NCBI RefSeq assembly: GCF_023055435.1
Contig: NW_025963791.1
Span: 31,434,001-31,498,000 of the forward strand
Length of the DNA stretch: 64,000 nt
DNA from: Haliotis rufescens
Lineage: Eukaryota
Reading direction: 5' to 3'
Both the position numbers and the translations under genes were made by a program. Below are positions 12,990-24,802 of the stretch, in pieces. Under the pieces are notes generated by a model that did not search any database, was not told the DNA's origin, and saw only the letters and a list, made by a program, of their open reading frames with translations. Position 1 is the first letter of the stretch, and each line of letters begins with the position of its first letter.

Positions 12990-13665
12990 CATTAGCATGC
13001 ACCATATATGAGCATATCATGTCGGGCTATTGATTGGACATGTGAGCGACGTCCACGGAAGACCAGTGACAGAGAGAAGAGGGTCTTTTAACGCAAGGCA
13101 AAACGGGTTCCAACTTCAACTTGCGCTGTTCTTAGTCATCACCCCAACAATAGTGTCGCTTGGCACCTTCAGGCGTCAACTGAATGAAGCAGGATTAAGG
13201 GCCAGAAGACCATTAACAGGCCCATTCCTCTCACTACAACGCATTCGGGACCGTTTAGCAGGGTGTCAGACTAGAGTATACTGGAACGTCAATGAGGAAG
13301 ATTCGTTGGTCTGAGTGAGTATGGTTTTACCCCGCTTTTAGCAATATTCCAGCAATATCACAGTGGGGGACACCAGAAATGGGCTTCACACATTGTACCC
13401 ATGTCGGGAATCGAACCTTGGTCTTCGGCGTGACGAGCGAACGCTTTAACCACTAGGCTACCCGACCGCCCCTCGTTGGTCTGACAAGAGTCGGGTCTTG
13501 CACCACACTGATGGTAGGACTGGTGTCTGGAGGCAAATGGGAACATCAGCCTAACATCCAGGAAACAGTGGCATGTGGGGGTGGATCAATGATTGTATGG
13601 GGTTGTTGGTCCTTTGGTAGCAAACTTGATTTGGTCACAGTTCAGGGGACATTAAATTGACAATT
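12990..13665 (+). mobile_element. Degraded Tc1-like transposase, interrupted by a SINE; paralogous copy at ~28830-29520
   Basis: RRQLNEAGLRARRPL, SDKSR-like first catalytic region, ETVACGGGSMIVWGCWS, DLVTVQGTLN. Confidence 0.75.
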
Positions 13666-14835
13666 GCCAGACCCCACCAGCACGAGCTGTGACTGAAAAC
13701 CAATCACTGTAAAGTTGGAACACAAACTGAGATTAATACTTTGACTTCATGAGTTTCACCCATGTATATCCAGGTTAGAATATATATACTAGGTATTCTG
13801 AAACCCATGCTTGCCATAAAAGGCGACTATCCTTGTAAGAGGGGACTAACGGGTGGTCAGGCTCGCTGACTTGGTTGATGCATGTCATCATATCCAAATT
13901 GCGAAGATAGATGCTCATGATATCAATCACTGGATTGTCCGGTTCAGACTCCGTTATTTACAGACCGCCGTCATATAGCTGGAGTATTGCTGAGTGCGGC
14001 GTTAAACAACAGACCAACCGAGTATACTGCAGTTTCTGTATAGGTGTTGAGGCAAGATGAAGAAACAGAAGGCAGCACATTCAGTCTTCTTAATAATAAT
14101 AAGGATTTATTTCTTGATATGGGAAATTTGGTCCATTTCATAATGAAAAATTGGCATAAGTATTGAAGAGCTTAATGCTTACCAAGTATTAACATTCCAG
14201 ATCAGAATATTTCTGCATTGTGTGGGCAAAGTTACAATGATGTTTGTCATCACTGATTACTTACCAAATCAACAAAAACGTTTTCGTAGATTTCTTGTCA
14301 CAATCATGGTGTGTGGGTTTTAGTTCAAACTGCGGATTTCATCATGGAACAAAATAGATCTTGAGGAGAATGTTGAATCCACGTACAGACAAAAGCTATC
14401 GTACGTATTTTAGATTTCAACAAATTGCTGTTGATTATGATCAAATTAAAAACTGTCCCACAAAATAGCCCCTGCCGTTGTTTTTTCTACACTGGGACCA
14501 GGGAGCATGTAAAGTCCATTCCATGGCTATGTCATTGCCGAAAACGTCGTAAAAATATAACGGCTCACTCTTTCACCATTTTCACTTTCACTCATATCCA
14601 CTTTCACTCTGGCATATCATTGTGTTTAAATTGTATGGGCAATGTTAAGTAATGTTATTCATTTTGTGACCAAATGAGTGAAAGAGTGGCACCCTAGGTT
14701 TTGGTGAAGACTTTATTTGACACTAAGTGTTCTATACATTGACTGGATCTATTTTCTCCACACCATTTTCACATGAATATTTCAAGAGTAACCCCATGCA
14801 CATCACTGGAATAAACCTTCAGTTTTTGTTTCCTA

Positions 14836-17137
14836 TCAGACTAACATATACTCTTTCACTTCTGTGTTTGTACACAGAAAAAGGAATCCGTATTTATCAC
14901 AGGATATATATCGTATGTCTTTTGAAATTAGAACATCCCTGACATACTCCCCCGACTCTGTCAGCTGTATCACCTTGGTGGTGTTCTTGTCTACAAGCAG
15001 GATGCATCCTGTGCCTGTAGTTGAGATACCATAAGGGTGGCTGAGTGCTCTGTCTCCGGTAGGGACGTATCTCCAAACACCATGCCCCTCTGACGTCACA
15101 CATGCCACAGACCCATTCCACCAGTCAGACACGAGTATGTTGCCCTTGTTGTTGACACACATGTTGTAGGGGTAGTCAAACTGTGTCTCATCGTTGTGTT
15201 CAGTGACTGACCTCAGCACGTGTCCCGCCATGTCCAGGATGTCAACAATGCCGTTACCAACACAATCTGGACCACCTGCTGCAAGAGATGAAGGACTCAG
15301 AACAGCGAGACTGTAGTACTCCTTGCCTGTTGTGGTGGTTGAGAGCAGCACCAGGTCAGGGGTCACTTCTACTGTTACAATCTGACTGGAGTCAGGGACA
15401 GCAACCATCACCTGCTTCTCCTCCAACTGTGTTACACCATGGGGAGAGAAATCCAGGGGAAGTCTACTTTGACACAGTTGATTGTTTCTAGTGTACAAAG
15501 ATTTCACACACTTGTTAACCCAGTCAGTGACTACAACTGTCTGTATACCATCTACAACCAGGACTGTGACGCCACGTAGATCAGGCTCCACTTTATCACC
15601 CGCCATCTTCCCATCTATCACGCCAACTAGCACTGGAGACGGCAGACATGTGCCCTGATCCTGGTATGTGACGTCAATCTTCCCCAGCTGTAGGTCATCT
15701 AGGATGTGCTGGACGTTGTCAGTGTCAGGTGTAAACCTGACGTCATCTATTCTCCGTGTGTCTGCTGTGTCTGTGTCCCTGACATCCCCCAACTCTACAG
15801 CCCCCGACTCCCAGGCCTGATACGCGTCATACAGGTCCATCTCACAGTCCGATACCAAGGCCTGGTCAATGAACTCACAATGTTGTCTGTACATCTGCAT
15901 CTCAATCTCGTCAAGCTTCACACCAGTGCGGAGTTGGCCGGCGTACGTCTGTGTTATTTGATTCAGTTCATCCATGAGTTGTGTTTCTTTCTGTTTAATC
16001 TTGTTTATAGCTGTTTGACAGATTGATTTAATATTGTTTACAGTTGTCTCTGTGATTCTTGAACTATTTTGCAGTTTCTCGTTTTTCATCTCTACCTTCT
16101 TCGACCTCACCTTCAGTCTCTTTCCCATGCCAAATCTCTTCTCCAGCAGTACTGTCTTCATCTCTGGCTTCATAGACTCAATGGTGACGACAGTTTTACA
16201 AGCTCTGTGGTAGATGATACAGCATGTCTGACAAGCAGGCTTCTGACAGTCTTTACAGTGGAACTCGACATTGTTACTCTTGTGCTCTGAACACTTGACC
16301 CTCCGTCTGCCCTTTGACCTAGATGACAGGTCACACAGGACATGGTTCTGTAAAATAGGGCTCACACGGTGTGTCTTCACACATCTGTCACAGAGGGCCA
16401 CTTCACACTCAGGACACCACAAGGCACCTGGAGTTGTTCCCCTAGTTGCTGACAGATCGTGCAGTATGTCTTTGACGTCTCTGTGAAGAGAAGTACAAAC
16501 GTATTGTTTCTAAAAAAAAACAATATGGGAATGCTAAGCATGTAAACAGTCTTTATTTTAAGTTCAATAACCGATCCAACTTGATGAACTATTTCAAGTT
16601 TCAATTTCTCATGAATAAATACTATATCATAAACACAGGTGATTAAATCAACTTAAATATTACAACTGGTTGTACCTTTCTCTTGTTCACTTGGCTAACC
16701 TTCCACCAAATAATTCATCAAACTGGATTGACATTACTTCTGATTAATACGTTTGAAGATCTTTTTGTCATAAATTTATCTTTCGATGAACATGATTAAC
16801 TGATCCATATGAATGTTACTTCTGGTTGAACTTAACCTGGTACATCACCCTCAGCCCCGAGGGTGTCAATCAGCCCCTGTATAATGATGCTGGGTTTGAT
16901 CTGCCCCGCCCACTCCTCCACTGGCCTGCTGGGGTTGGGGACCTTGGTATCTTGTCGACAGAAGGCACAGGGGATCGTCTTGGACTGTACAGCATCTGGT
17001 CTGGTCAGGATGTACTTGGTGACACATTTCCTGCAGAATGTGTGATCACATCTCAGTGTACAGGGGTCTGTGTACAGTTCCTGGCAGATCACACAGGTGA
17101 GGAATTCCATCACTTTCTCATTCTGGGATGTCGCCAT
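14836..17137 (-). pseudogene. TRIM-like gene A1 (RING-Bbox1-Bbox2-CC-NHL-like propeller) with a 1-bp frameshift; exons 16837-17137 and 14836-16480
   Basis: C3HC4 RING in exon 1; donor G|GTTAAG, acceptor CACAG; the spliced CDS is 1946 nt versus 1947 in A2 because one base is missing at ~16438; the rest of the ORF is open. Confidence 0.7.
16597..16610. promoter_or_regulatory. ISRE-consensus motif in the A-gene intron; also at 32397-32410 and 54144-54157
   Basis: AGTTTCAATTTCTC matches AGTTTCNNTTTCY. Confidence 0.35.
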
Positions 17138-18494
17138 CTGAAAAACCAGAATTGAAGGTCACATAAATCATTTTTCAATTTTTCAAAATATATTTTTTCT
17201 GGTGAAGTTCGTCTGTCTCTGTAATGGGACAATTTGTATTTTGGTTGGCACATCTTGAAAATGTCACTTCGGACTTACCTTCCACACCAAGCTGACAACT
17301 GAAATACATGTACTGTTCAAAGTGGCACATATCCGAATTCATTCACGTGTTGAGTGCGTCATCAAATATGTTGAGACATCTGTTATTGACTGTCGAATGT
17401 GTAGTTTGTCTCAATGTTGTTTCTTCACCATCAACATGACATGTCAACTACACCATAGTGACCTGTAGTATGTCCAGGTTCGACCACTCAAACCATCAGC
17501 AGCTACCATCGTAAGAGGGTTTATTCTTCATATAAAATCAACTGCATTTGATCATAAAAGCTGAAAAAATCCGTTTACTGTTTGGCACATCACATATAAT
17601 TCCTTGTTCCAAAAGTGACAGTGAGTATGTCGAGTGTCCACCAGGCAACCCAACAGCTGCTGGTATGACGACAATTGAGTCCAGAGGTCAGGGTACGATC
17701 ACACATTGTAAGAAACTGTTCAAATTGAGTCGCACTTGTGACAAGCGTTGGTTACTTGAGATATATATTCAGTAACAAGAGGGATAGTCTCTCAGTAAAT
17801 CAGACTTTAATATTCTTTTCAAATCAACTTGAAGATATAAATATGTGTTCCCAATGTGTCCATATTGACCCTTCTATAGTACTATAGGAATACATATATT
17901 GATATAACGCCAAACAAGGCTTTTCCGAAACGTGGGTCTAGATCTCTATATTTGTTTATCCTTGTATGTGAACTAAACCTTTCCCTCATTATAGTTGAAC
18001 TCATTATGGTAATGACTTACTGACTGTGCTATAAGAACAAACTTGTTGTTTCCGCACAATACAGGATTTACCTGCAGAGATGAACTAAAACTGGATACAT
18101 GTATATGAATTATTGTGATAATGTGAGGTCAGGCTTAATTGATGCCAAATTAAACTCTCGCAGCTGTGACATTATCCACCTTATTTGAAATGCGCACGTG
18201 TTTCCTATAAATGTTTCAAAACTACCAACAGTTAGTATAAATAAATAAATAAATAAATTATGTTAACACCAAGCTTTCCTTTACAGTAAATAGACACACC
18301 GCCCCACCCTTTTCACATTACAAGGGAGGTAACTGAACGTTAGTATTCGGGACTAAGTCTGATACATATCTTTATTGTGTCCGTTTTACACATCAACAAA
18401 TAACGTTGTTCACCAGAACGTCAGATATACATTAAACATAAAACAATAAAAGAAAATTACATGAATGTATTTTACTTTGAGGCCAACAATTTCT

Positions 18495-18506
18495 ACTTTC
18501 GGTTTC
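18495..18506 (-). promoter_or_regulatory. IRF-binding element upstream of A1; identical at 33606-33617 and mutated at 55922-55933
   Basis: GAAACCGAAAGT on the minus strand matches the IRF-E consensus GAAANNGAAAGT. Confidence 0.4.
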
Positions 18507-20427
18507 TCTTCGTTTGAAGCCTCGTGTGTTGACAAAACTAAAATTAAACTAATTTAAGAAACACATACCTCATGTAAGTTGAATATATACTAGTTCTTCA
18601 TGTACACTGTGTGAGATTTTATTGTATGTCCTGGATGCCTTGAAATAACCAAATCCCGCCGAGGTACACAGCTGTGCCAACCCCAACCTGTCCCTCCCGC
18701 ATAACGTACAAGGGAGGCAACTGCGAAATCTTGACAAGTGGTCATTCAAAAGGGATCAAAGCTGATGACAACGTAGGTTCCTGGATCGAATCAGGGATGA
18801 TTCCCATAACAACGTGAGAGATCGGCATATTTCTATATACACACACTGAATTCGCTATAAACAGTGTTTTTGTTATATGGGAAGATGTTATACACCTTCG
18901 TGTTTGTACAAATATGTGTGAACCTGTATACATGCAATGCCCTTTTTGTCAGTACAAGCAGTGATCTTGTACCGATTTCACAATTTAGTTCTGTGTTTAC
19001 CTATTACTGCCTGATCCTCTGCGGTTTATTTGGAAATGAACTCGTGACAATATACCAGAGTGCGGCCTATCTTAGAATTCCCTATTATACTGACATTGTA
19101 CAGCAACATTGTTTGGAACGTCTATGGCACTGCTATTGAGTGATGATAACGTTAATAACATTGTCAAGCTGCTAATAAAGACCAACACTGAAAATTCAGA
19201 TAAAAATACAGGTCAATGCAAAGTACATGTTTTGTCCTTGCTTGTACACAGTCAGATGTATTCACAAAAAAGAAGTTCAGTATAATAAAGAGAAGGGACT
19301 GGGATTGTGTGAGGCCAAAGTCATCAAAGCGGCAGTACAAGTTACCGTTTACAAGTACAACGGGGTGTGTGTGGAAACAGTATCGTGGAGACGGAAAGGA
19401 TTTTATCTCTTTTTGCATTCTGACATTTTTAGTTCGTACGAATGAATCCTGATTCGTTGACACGAACATGCGCAGAGGGCACAGCGAATACCATGCTCTA
19501 AAATGAGACTCTAAAATGATTCTGTAAAGACTTTTATGAGTAAGATTCACCTGTGCTGTTCGGTTATTGCGTTGCGTGGCATCATTCTTACAGTATTAGT
19601 GCATTATCCGTGCATTCCCCATGCATTATCCGTACGTTATCCCTATATTATCCGTACATTAACCACGACTTCACTCCCAAATACTCTTAAAACGAAGTCA
19701 CTTTAATCGGAGCTTGTACCAAACCTGCAGGTCCAGGATGCCTTTTCGTGAACACCTGGTGTCACCACTGATTTGCAGTGATTTATTCATGAAATTGTCA
19801 CCCTTATTTTGTCTTTTACCCCCAATGAGGGTATATTCGCCATATAGTCGAGACTGATTGTTTCCTGGCGTTGGTGTTATATATCAAAAATAATTGTACA
19901 ACCGTGTTTAAAGTAATTACAATATGATAACAAATAGCTAGACAGATAACATAGTATAAAAGTGAATATTAGTCTTAACATGATCATTACGTTTGAACAT
20001 GCAATGGAAGTATGTGCACAATGCAGTGTCACTTTGAATATGCACAGAATACAGAAGCAGTGTGTGGGATATTGAATAACTTGAAACCCTTAACGAAATC
20101 AAAGTTTCAGAGCCAGCTTGTCAACCTGATGCACGATGTTACCAGTACTATGGGTCACTAGTTTGCCTCTTACGCCCTGTGGAATCTGTTTCGGCAGATA
20201 ATCAAGACTATTCAAGAATTTTCTCTTGCGTTGACATTTTGAATTTATTGGCTATAATATCACAACAGACCAACAAATGGCTTGACATCTGAACATTTTA
20301 AAATCGAAACATTGATTTAAACGGATTTAGAGCTTAAACCGGTCATGCATGTTCAACGATGTAAATAATTTATAGAACCTTCACTGGTTATCGAAAGCGT
20401 TGGAAATACGCCCAGCACACTATAAGC

Positions 20428-20747
20428 GGAGAGCGGAAGGTCCGGGGCTCGAACACCGGCCGCGTCATTGCAAAAGACATTAAAAGATGTTACTTGTTGT
20501 TACCCTGTCTGGCGCTCGGCATTAAGGGGCTAAAACAAGGACTGGTCGGCTCGGAGTCAGTATACTGTGTCTGAGTGGGGTATTCATGTTAAACTGCGGC
20601 ATGGTATCTCAGTGAGCTAGCACTGTAGATCGGCATCGGTCCGGACTAGTACAAGTTGCGAGCCCCCCCCCCCAACATGTACGTCGCTATATAAGTGCAA
20701 TAATCTTGGACGTGACGTTAAGCCCAATTTCACCTCACCTCACCTCA
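20428..20747 (+). mobile_element. tRNA-derived SINE family 3 (V-domain-like core, (CACCT)n tail); other copies at ~21057-21401, 35551-35897, 36206-36554, 62130-62469, 62781-63006
   Basis: Shared core AGGACTGGTCGGCTCGGAGTCAGTATACTGTGTCTGAGTGGGG...CAGTGAGCTAGCACT and tail CCCAATTTCACCTCACC. Confidence 0.75.
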
Positions 20748-22194
20748 TTTGAGTCATGGTTCTGCGCAGTCGATCTTCAATTCTGAATTCAATCAGTAAA
20801 GGAAACAACATTTCGTCCTTTCGGTATAGACCTATTAAGTGTTTGTGTGAAGGAAAGACAAACTGTTTAAGTATGTATTATGATATGTTAATTGTACACT
20901 GATAAGAATAAGAAACTTTCAGTTAACAAATGCAAACCAAACTTGATAAGAATTTCAAATTGACCAAGCCAAGCCCTTTTATACAGAACGCCTACACATG
21001 TCTCCTCACTGCCTTAGATGCGCGCCCTTATGTCCTTCATCGTATACAATCCTTGAACTGCCTCCGTGGTCTAGTGGATAGAGCATCTGCTTGGAGAGCG
21101 AAAGGTCGGTAGTTCGATCCCCTTCCGCGTCATACAAAAAGGAGTGGCTGCCTCGGGGTTAATTTAATATGTCTTAGTGGGGTGGTTAAACTGCGTGACA
21201 TTAAGAGGTTAAATCAAGGACTGGCTGGCTCGGAGGGAATATAATATGGTGGTGTCCATGTTAAACTGAGGCATGGTATCTCAGTGGGCTAGCACTATAA
21301 AACCGACATAAACCTGGACTAGTTAATGCACACAGGACAATGCTCGTGGCTGTATAGGTGAACAAACCTTGAACTAGACGTTAACCCGATTTCACCTCAC
21401 CGCCCTATACACACAACGGAACAAGATCGCTTATGAGTTATGTCAATAATAATTTCAATGATAATGTTGATCCTTGGATTGCTAGATAATGTTGATAAAA
21501 TCTTGCCGAATACCCTCTTCACTCATATTTGACACCATATGACTTTCAGTGGAGAAGGACAATATTTTTTAAGCGGTACTGAGTGCTGTCACTAAACCAA
21601 TGTCATGCTTGTGTGTATCACCATTCCTGTCACTGTTGTGCGATTACTGTTCGGTGTGGCAAAGGTGTATGGAAGGAAGCAGCAGTACCAGAGACAGTTA
21701 TACAATAACATGCAGTGACAGCCATTTCATTGAAGAAAGATATATGATTAAATTAAGAAAACGGAAACGCCTAACGGCAATTTCACAATCAACATATTGG
21801 AGTGACAAAGGCTAAAAGGTTCACAAAATCTACCATTCTGTTACATGGTGAGCATGACGGCGCCTGTAACCATTCATTCGGTTGTTCCGGAAATACACGA
21901 ACTATTAGTCCCACAGATAGGCATGAACGTCGTGCCACTGTCTCCATCAGAAGACAACACGCCTCATTTGATAAATGAGACACACATACACAATTAAGCC
22001 AGGTAAATGTTGCATAATTATACGAGGACAACAGGTAAACCTTGACGATTACTGAATATTTAATGAAAAGAGCTAAAATGGTTTTTTTAGAAAATTAAAC
22101 CTCTGAATGTACACTCAAAGAATATCAAATGGTTTGTACGAATATTTGTGTCCACTTTATTCATCAAATATATCACATTTTCACATATATGACG

Positions 22195-22370
22195 AAGTTA
22201 GGCACATACTACATATATGACAAAGCCAGGTAAATACTACACAGATAGGGAATATAGATAGTACACAGAAAATGGATACAGGTAAATACTACAAAGATGA
22301 TGAATACAGGTAACTTCTACATAGATGATAAACACAGGTAAATAACATACAGATAATGAAGCCAGGCAAA
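22195..22370. repeat. Degenerate ~22-23-bp minisatellite downstream of B genes; copies at ~37770-37925 and 63750-63905
   Basis: Repeated ATGATAAACACAGGTAAATACTACACAG-like units. Confidence 0.55.
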
Positions 22371-23016
22371 CAATTTGCGACTTGCGTGCATGGACATAGT
22401 ATAAAACCAATAATTATCAATGACGTGGTTATTACGTATAACGACCTCGCAGCCCATTATGACGAATAAAACGACATGGTTATTCAGAAACAAAGAAAAA
22501 GAAGATGCATTTTGAAGACAAATTCGTGAACCATTTGAATAAATGTTAAAGAAGTAATTATTTATCAGATTTTATCACAAAAAATTGTTCTCTGTCTGTC
22601 CTGAAAAAAAGCATTGTGAAAAAAATAAATTGTTCGGATTCTCCTTTCCAAACAAAATTGCGTGCCCTGAAGAAATAAAATCATGTTTTTCACAACAGTC
22701 CTCCAACACTGCAATACCATTATGGGTGTGGTCGGAATTGTAGTGTCATCTTTATTTATGCTTCATATACTACTATTTTACAGAAAGTAATTGTATATAT
22801 ATTTAGTAAGCTAAACGTTGTGACATGGAACATGTACCTTGTGAGTTTCAATAGTTTTCGTTTTATACTCTGACACTAATCACTATTGTTATCGTCCACA
22901 ATCCTGTTGAGGACTTGGTTTGTTGAGCGGATACTTATCATACTACTTGGTACTGGATCTCGACTAAACCTTGTTTTTTGTCAGTTGTCTTGGTCTCACG
23001 TTGTAGCACGACCGAA

Positions 23017-24802
23017 TTAGTATCGACTACATTTGTACTCCTTCACTTCAGCATTACAACAGATAAAGAAGGATTCGCGTGCATGACAGAAAATACTCTT
23101 CAGGCCAGACACGTTACCGTCTGACGTGAGCAGGTCTCTGACAAACTCTCCCGTCTCTGTCAGTTGTATGACCTTGTTGGAATTACTGTCCACCAGAAGT
23201 ATGTCTCCCGTCCCGGCAGTGGAAATACCATGAGGAACACCGAGTACCCTGTCTCCGGTAGGGACGTATCTCCACACAACATCCCCCTCTGATGTTAGAC
23301 ATGTCACAGACTTCTCCCCCCAGTCAGACACGTGTATGTTGCCCTTGTTGTTGACACACATGTAGTCGGGGTAGGTAAATAGTCGCATATTGTTGTATGC
23401 ATTAACTGACCTCAACTCGAGCCCCGACATATCCAGGATATCAACACAATTGTCTGTACTTGCTGCTAGAGATGAAGGACTCAGAACAGCGAGACTGTAG
23501 TACCCAGTACGTGTTGTGATGGTTGATAGCAGCGCCAGGCCAGGGCTGACACCCACTGTTACAATCTCACATGATTCGGGGACGGCAACCAGTACCTGCT
23601 TCTCTTTCAGCTGTGTTACACCCCATGGAGATTGTTTCACACGACCCGTACTGAAACGTGACGTCTTTTTTCTGGTGTAGAACGATGTTATGCAGTGATT
23701 GTCCCCGTCAGTGACTACATCTGTCTGTACACCGTCAACATCCAGGACTGCAACGTCACGGATATTGAAGGACATTTTGCCACTGATTCGATAGATATCA
23801 ATGGTGTTAACCAGCAGTGGTGCCTTCAGATTACCTTTACCTTGGTTATTGTGGTCAGCCGTCTCCCTCTGTGGGACTGGCTTGTCGCTTTTACACTCTC
23901 CCCCCTTATCTCTGGTTTGCAGGTCAAAGAGGTCATGGTCACTTGACATAGGGCTCACCCAATGTATCTTCACGCATCTTTCACAGAGGTCCACTTCGCA
24001 TTCAGGACACCACAAGACTCCTGCAGTTATCTCCCCTAGTTGCTGACAGATTGTGCAGCAATTGTTTGTTAACACTGCAAACATAGAATGATGTGAGTAT
24101 TGTCACATGATAATTGAAATCTATTTCAGTTAATATAAACTGTCTATAGTGTTTAATACTCAGACAGAATGTAACAGCACAGACGTAAAAGTACCAGTAA
24201 ATCAAACAGTAGTTACAACTTACATGCCATGCCTCAACGTTAATCAACCTGTAACTTACGGGGTAGTCATTTCTTTTCTCGTTGATACATGTAATTTCAA
24301 ACATAACAGCCTTCTGCAATTCTAATATGTTTTATATACCTGTTTTCACTCACTATTCATGGCATATTTTGTAAACAACTTGGTTAGTAATATAGATTTC
24401 TCAAATCAACAAATATCCTTTAAAGTACATTTTATTTTTATATTCTACGTTTTCATCAAACAAGACGTATTAATATAAATAATAAAATAGGTTCAACATT
24501 TAGAACGTTTTCACTCTACCTGGTTTGTGTGTCAACTTCTGTAGAATGATGCTGGGTTTGATCTGCCCAGCCCACTCCTCCACTGGCCTGCTGGGGTGGG
24601 GGACCATGGTATCTTGTCCACAGCAGGCACATGGGATCGTTTTGGACTGCACAGCATCTGGTCTGGTTTGGATGTACTTCTGGATACATCTCTGACAGAA
24701 GGTGTGGTGGCAGGTCAGTGTACACGGGTCTGTGTACGTCTCGGAGCAGATGGAGCACGTCAGGAAATTATCCTTGATTTTGTTTCCGTTCCGGGTAGCC
24801 AT
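23017..24802 (-). CDS. TRIM-like gene B1, 446 aa (RING-Bbox1-NHL-like propeller; no Bbox2 or coiled coil); exons 24520-24802 and 23017-24074
   Basis: RING CSIC..CHHTFCQRC..CACC; donor G|GTAGAG and acceptor TTTGCAG in compatible phase; 1341-nt spliced ORF is open; blades such as YPDYMCVNNKGNIHVSD and PHGISTAGTGDILLVD. Confidence 0.8.

Noticed and set aside
15288-16486. Plus-strand ORFs overlapping TRIM exons
   Set aside because: Antisense shadows of the coding strand with no independent support
16832-17137. Stand-alone ~100-aa RING proteins as separate genes
   Set aside because: Each ends at a phase-1 donor compatible with the downstream exon, so they are first coding exons
18590-18750. Coding N-terminal extension or conserved uORF in the putative 5' exon of A genes
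   Set aside because: The track ORF starts at TTG, and the ATG-initiated frame is not preserved between A1 and A2
18794-18805. NF-kB site GGGATGATTCCC
   Set aside because: Spacing does not fit the 10-11-bp kB consensus; too weak to call
18742-19550. Small ORFs repeated in several units (e.g. MFLLYG..., MQSTCF..., MSSYNY...)
   Set aside because: Recurrence is explained by recent segmental duplication; no domains, non-ATG starts and frame-breaking differences among copies
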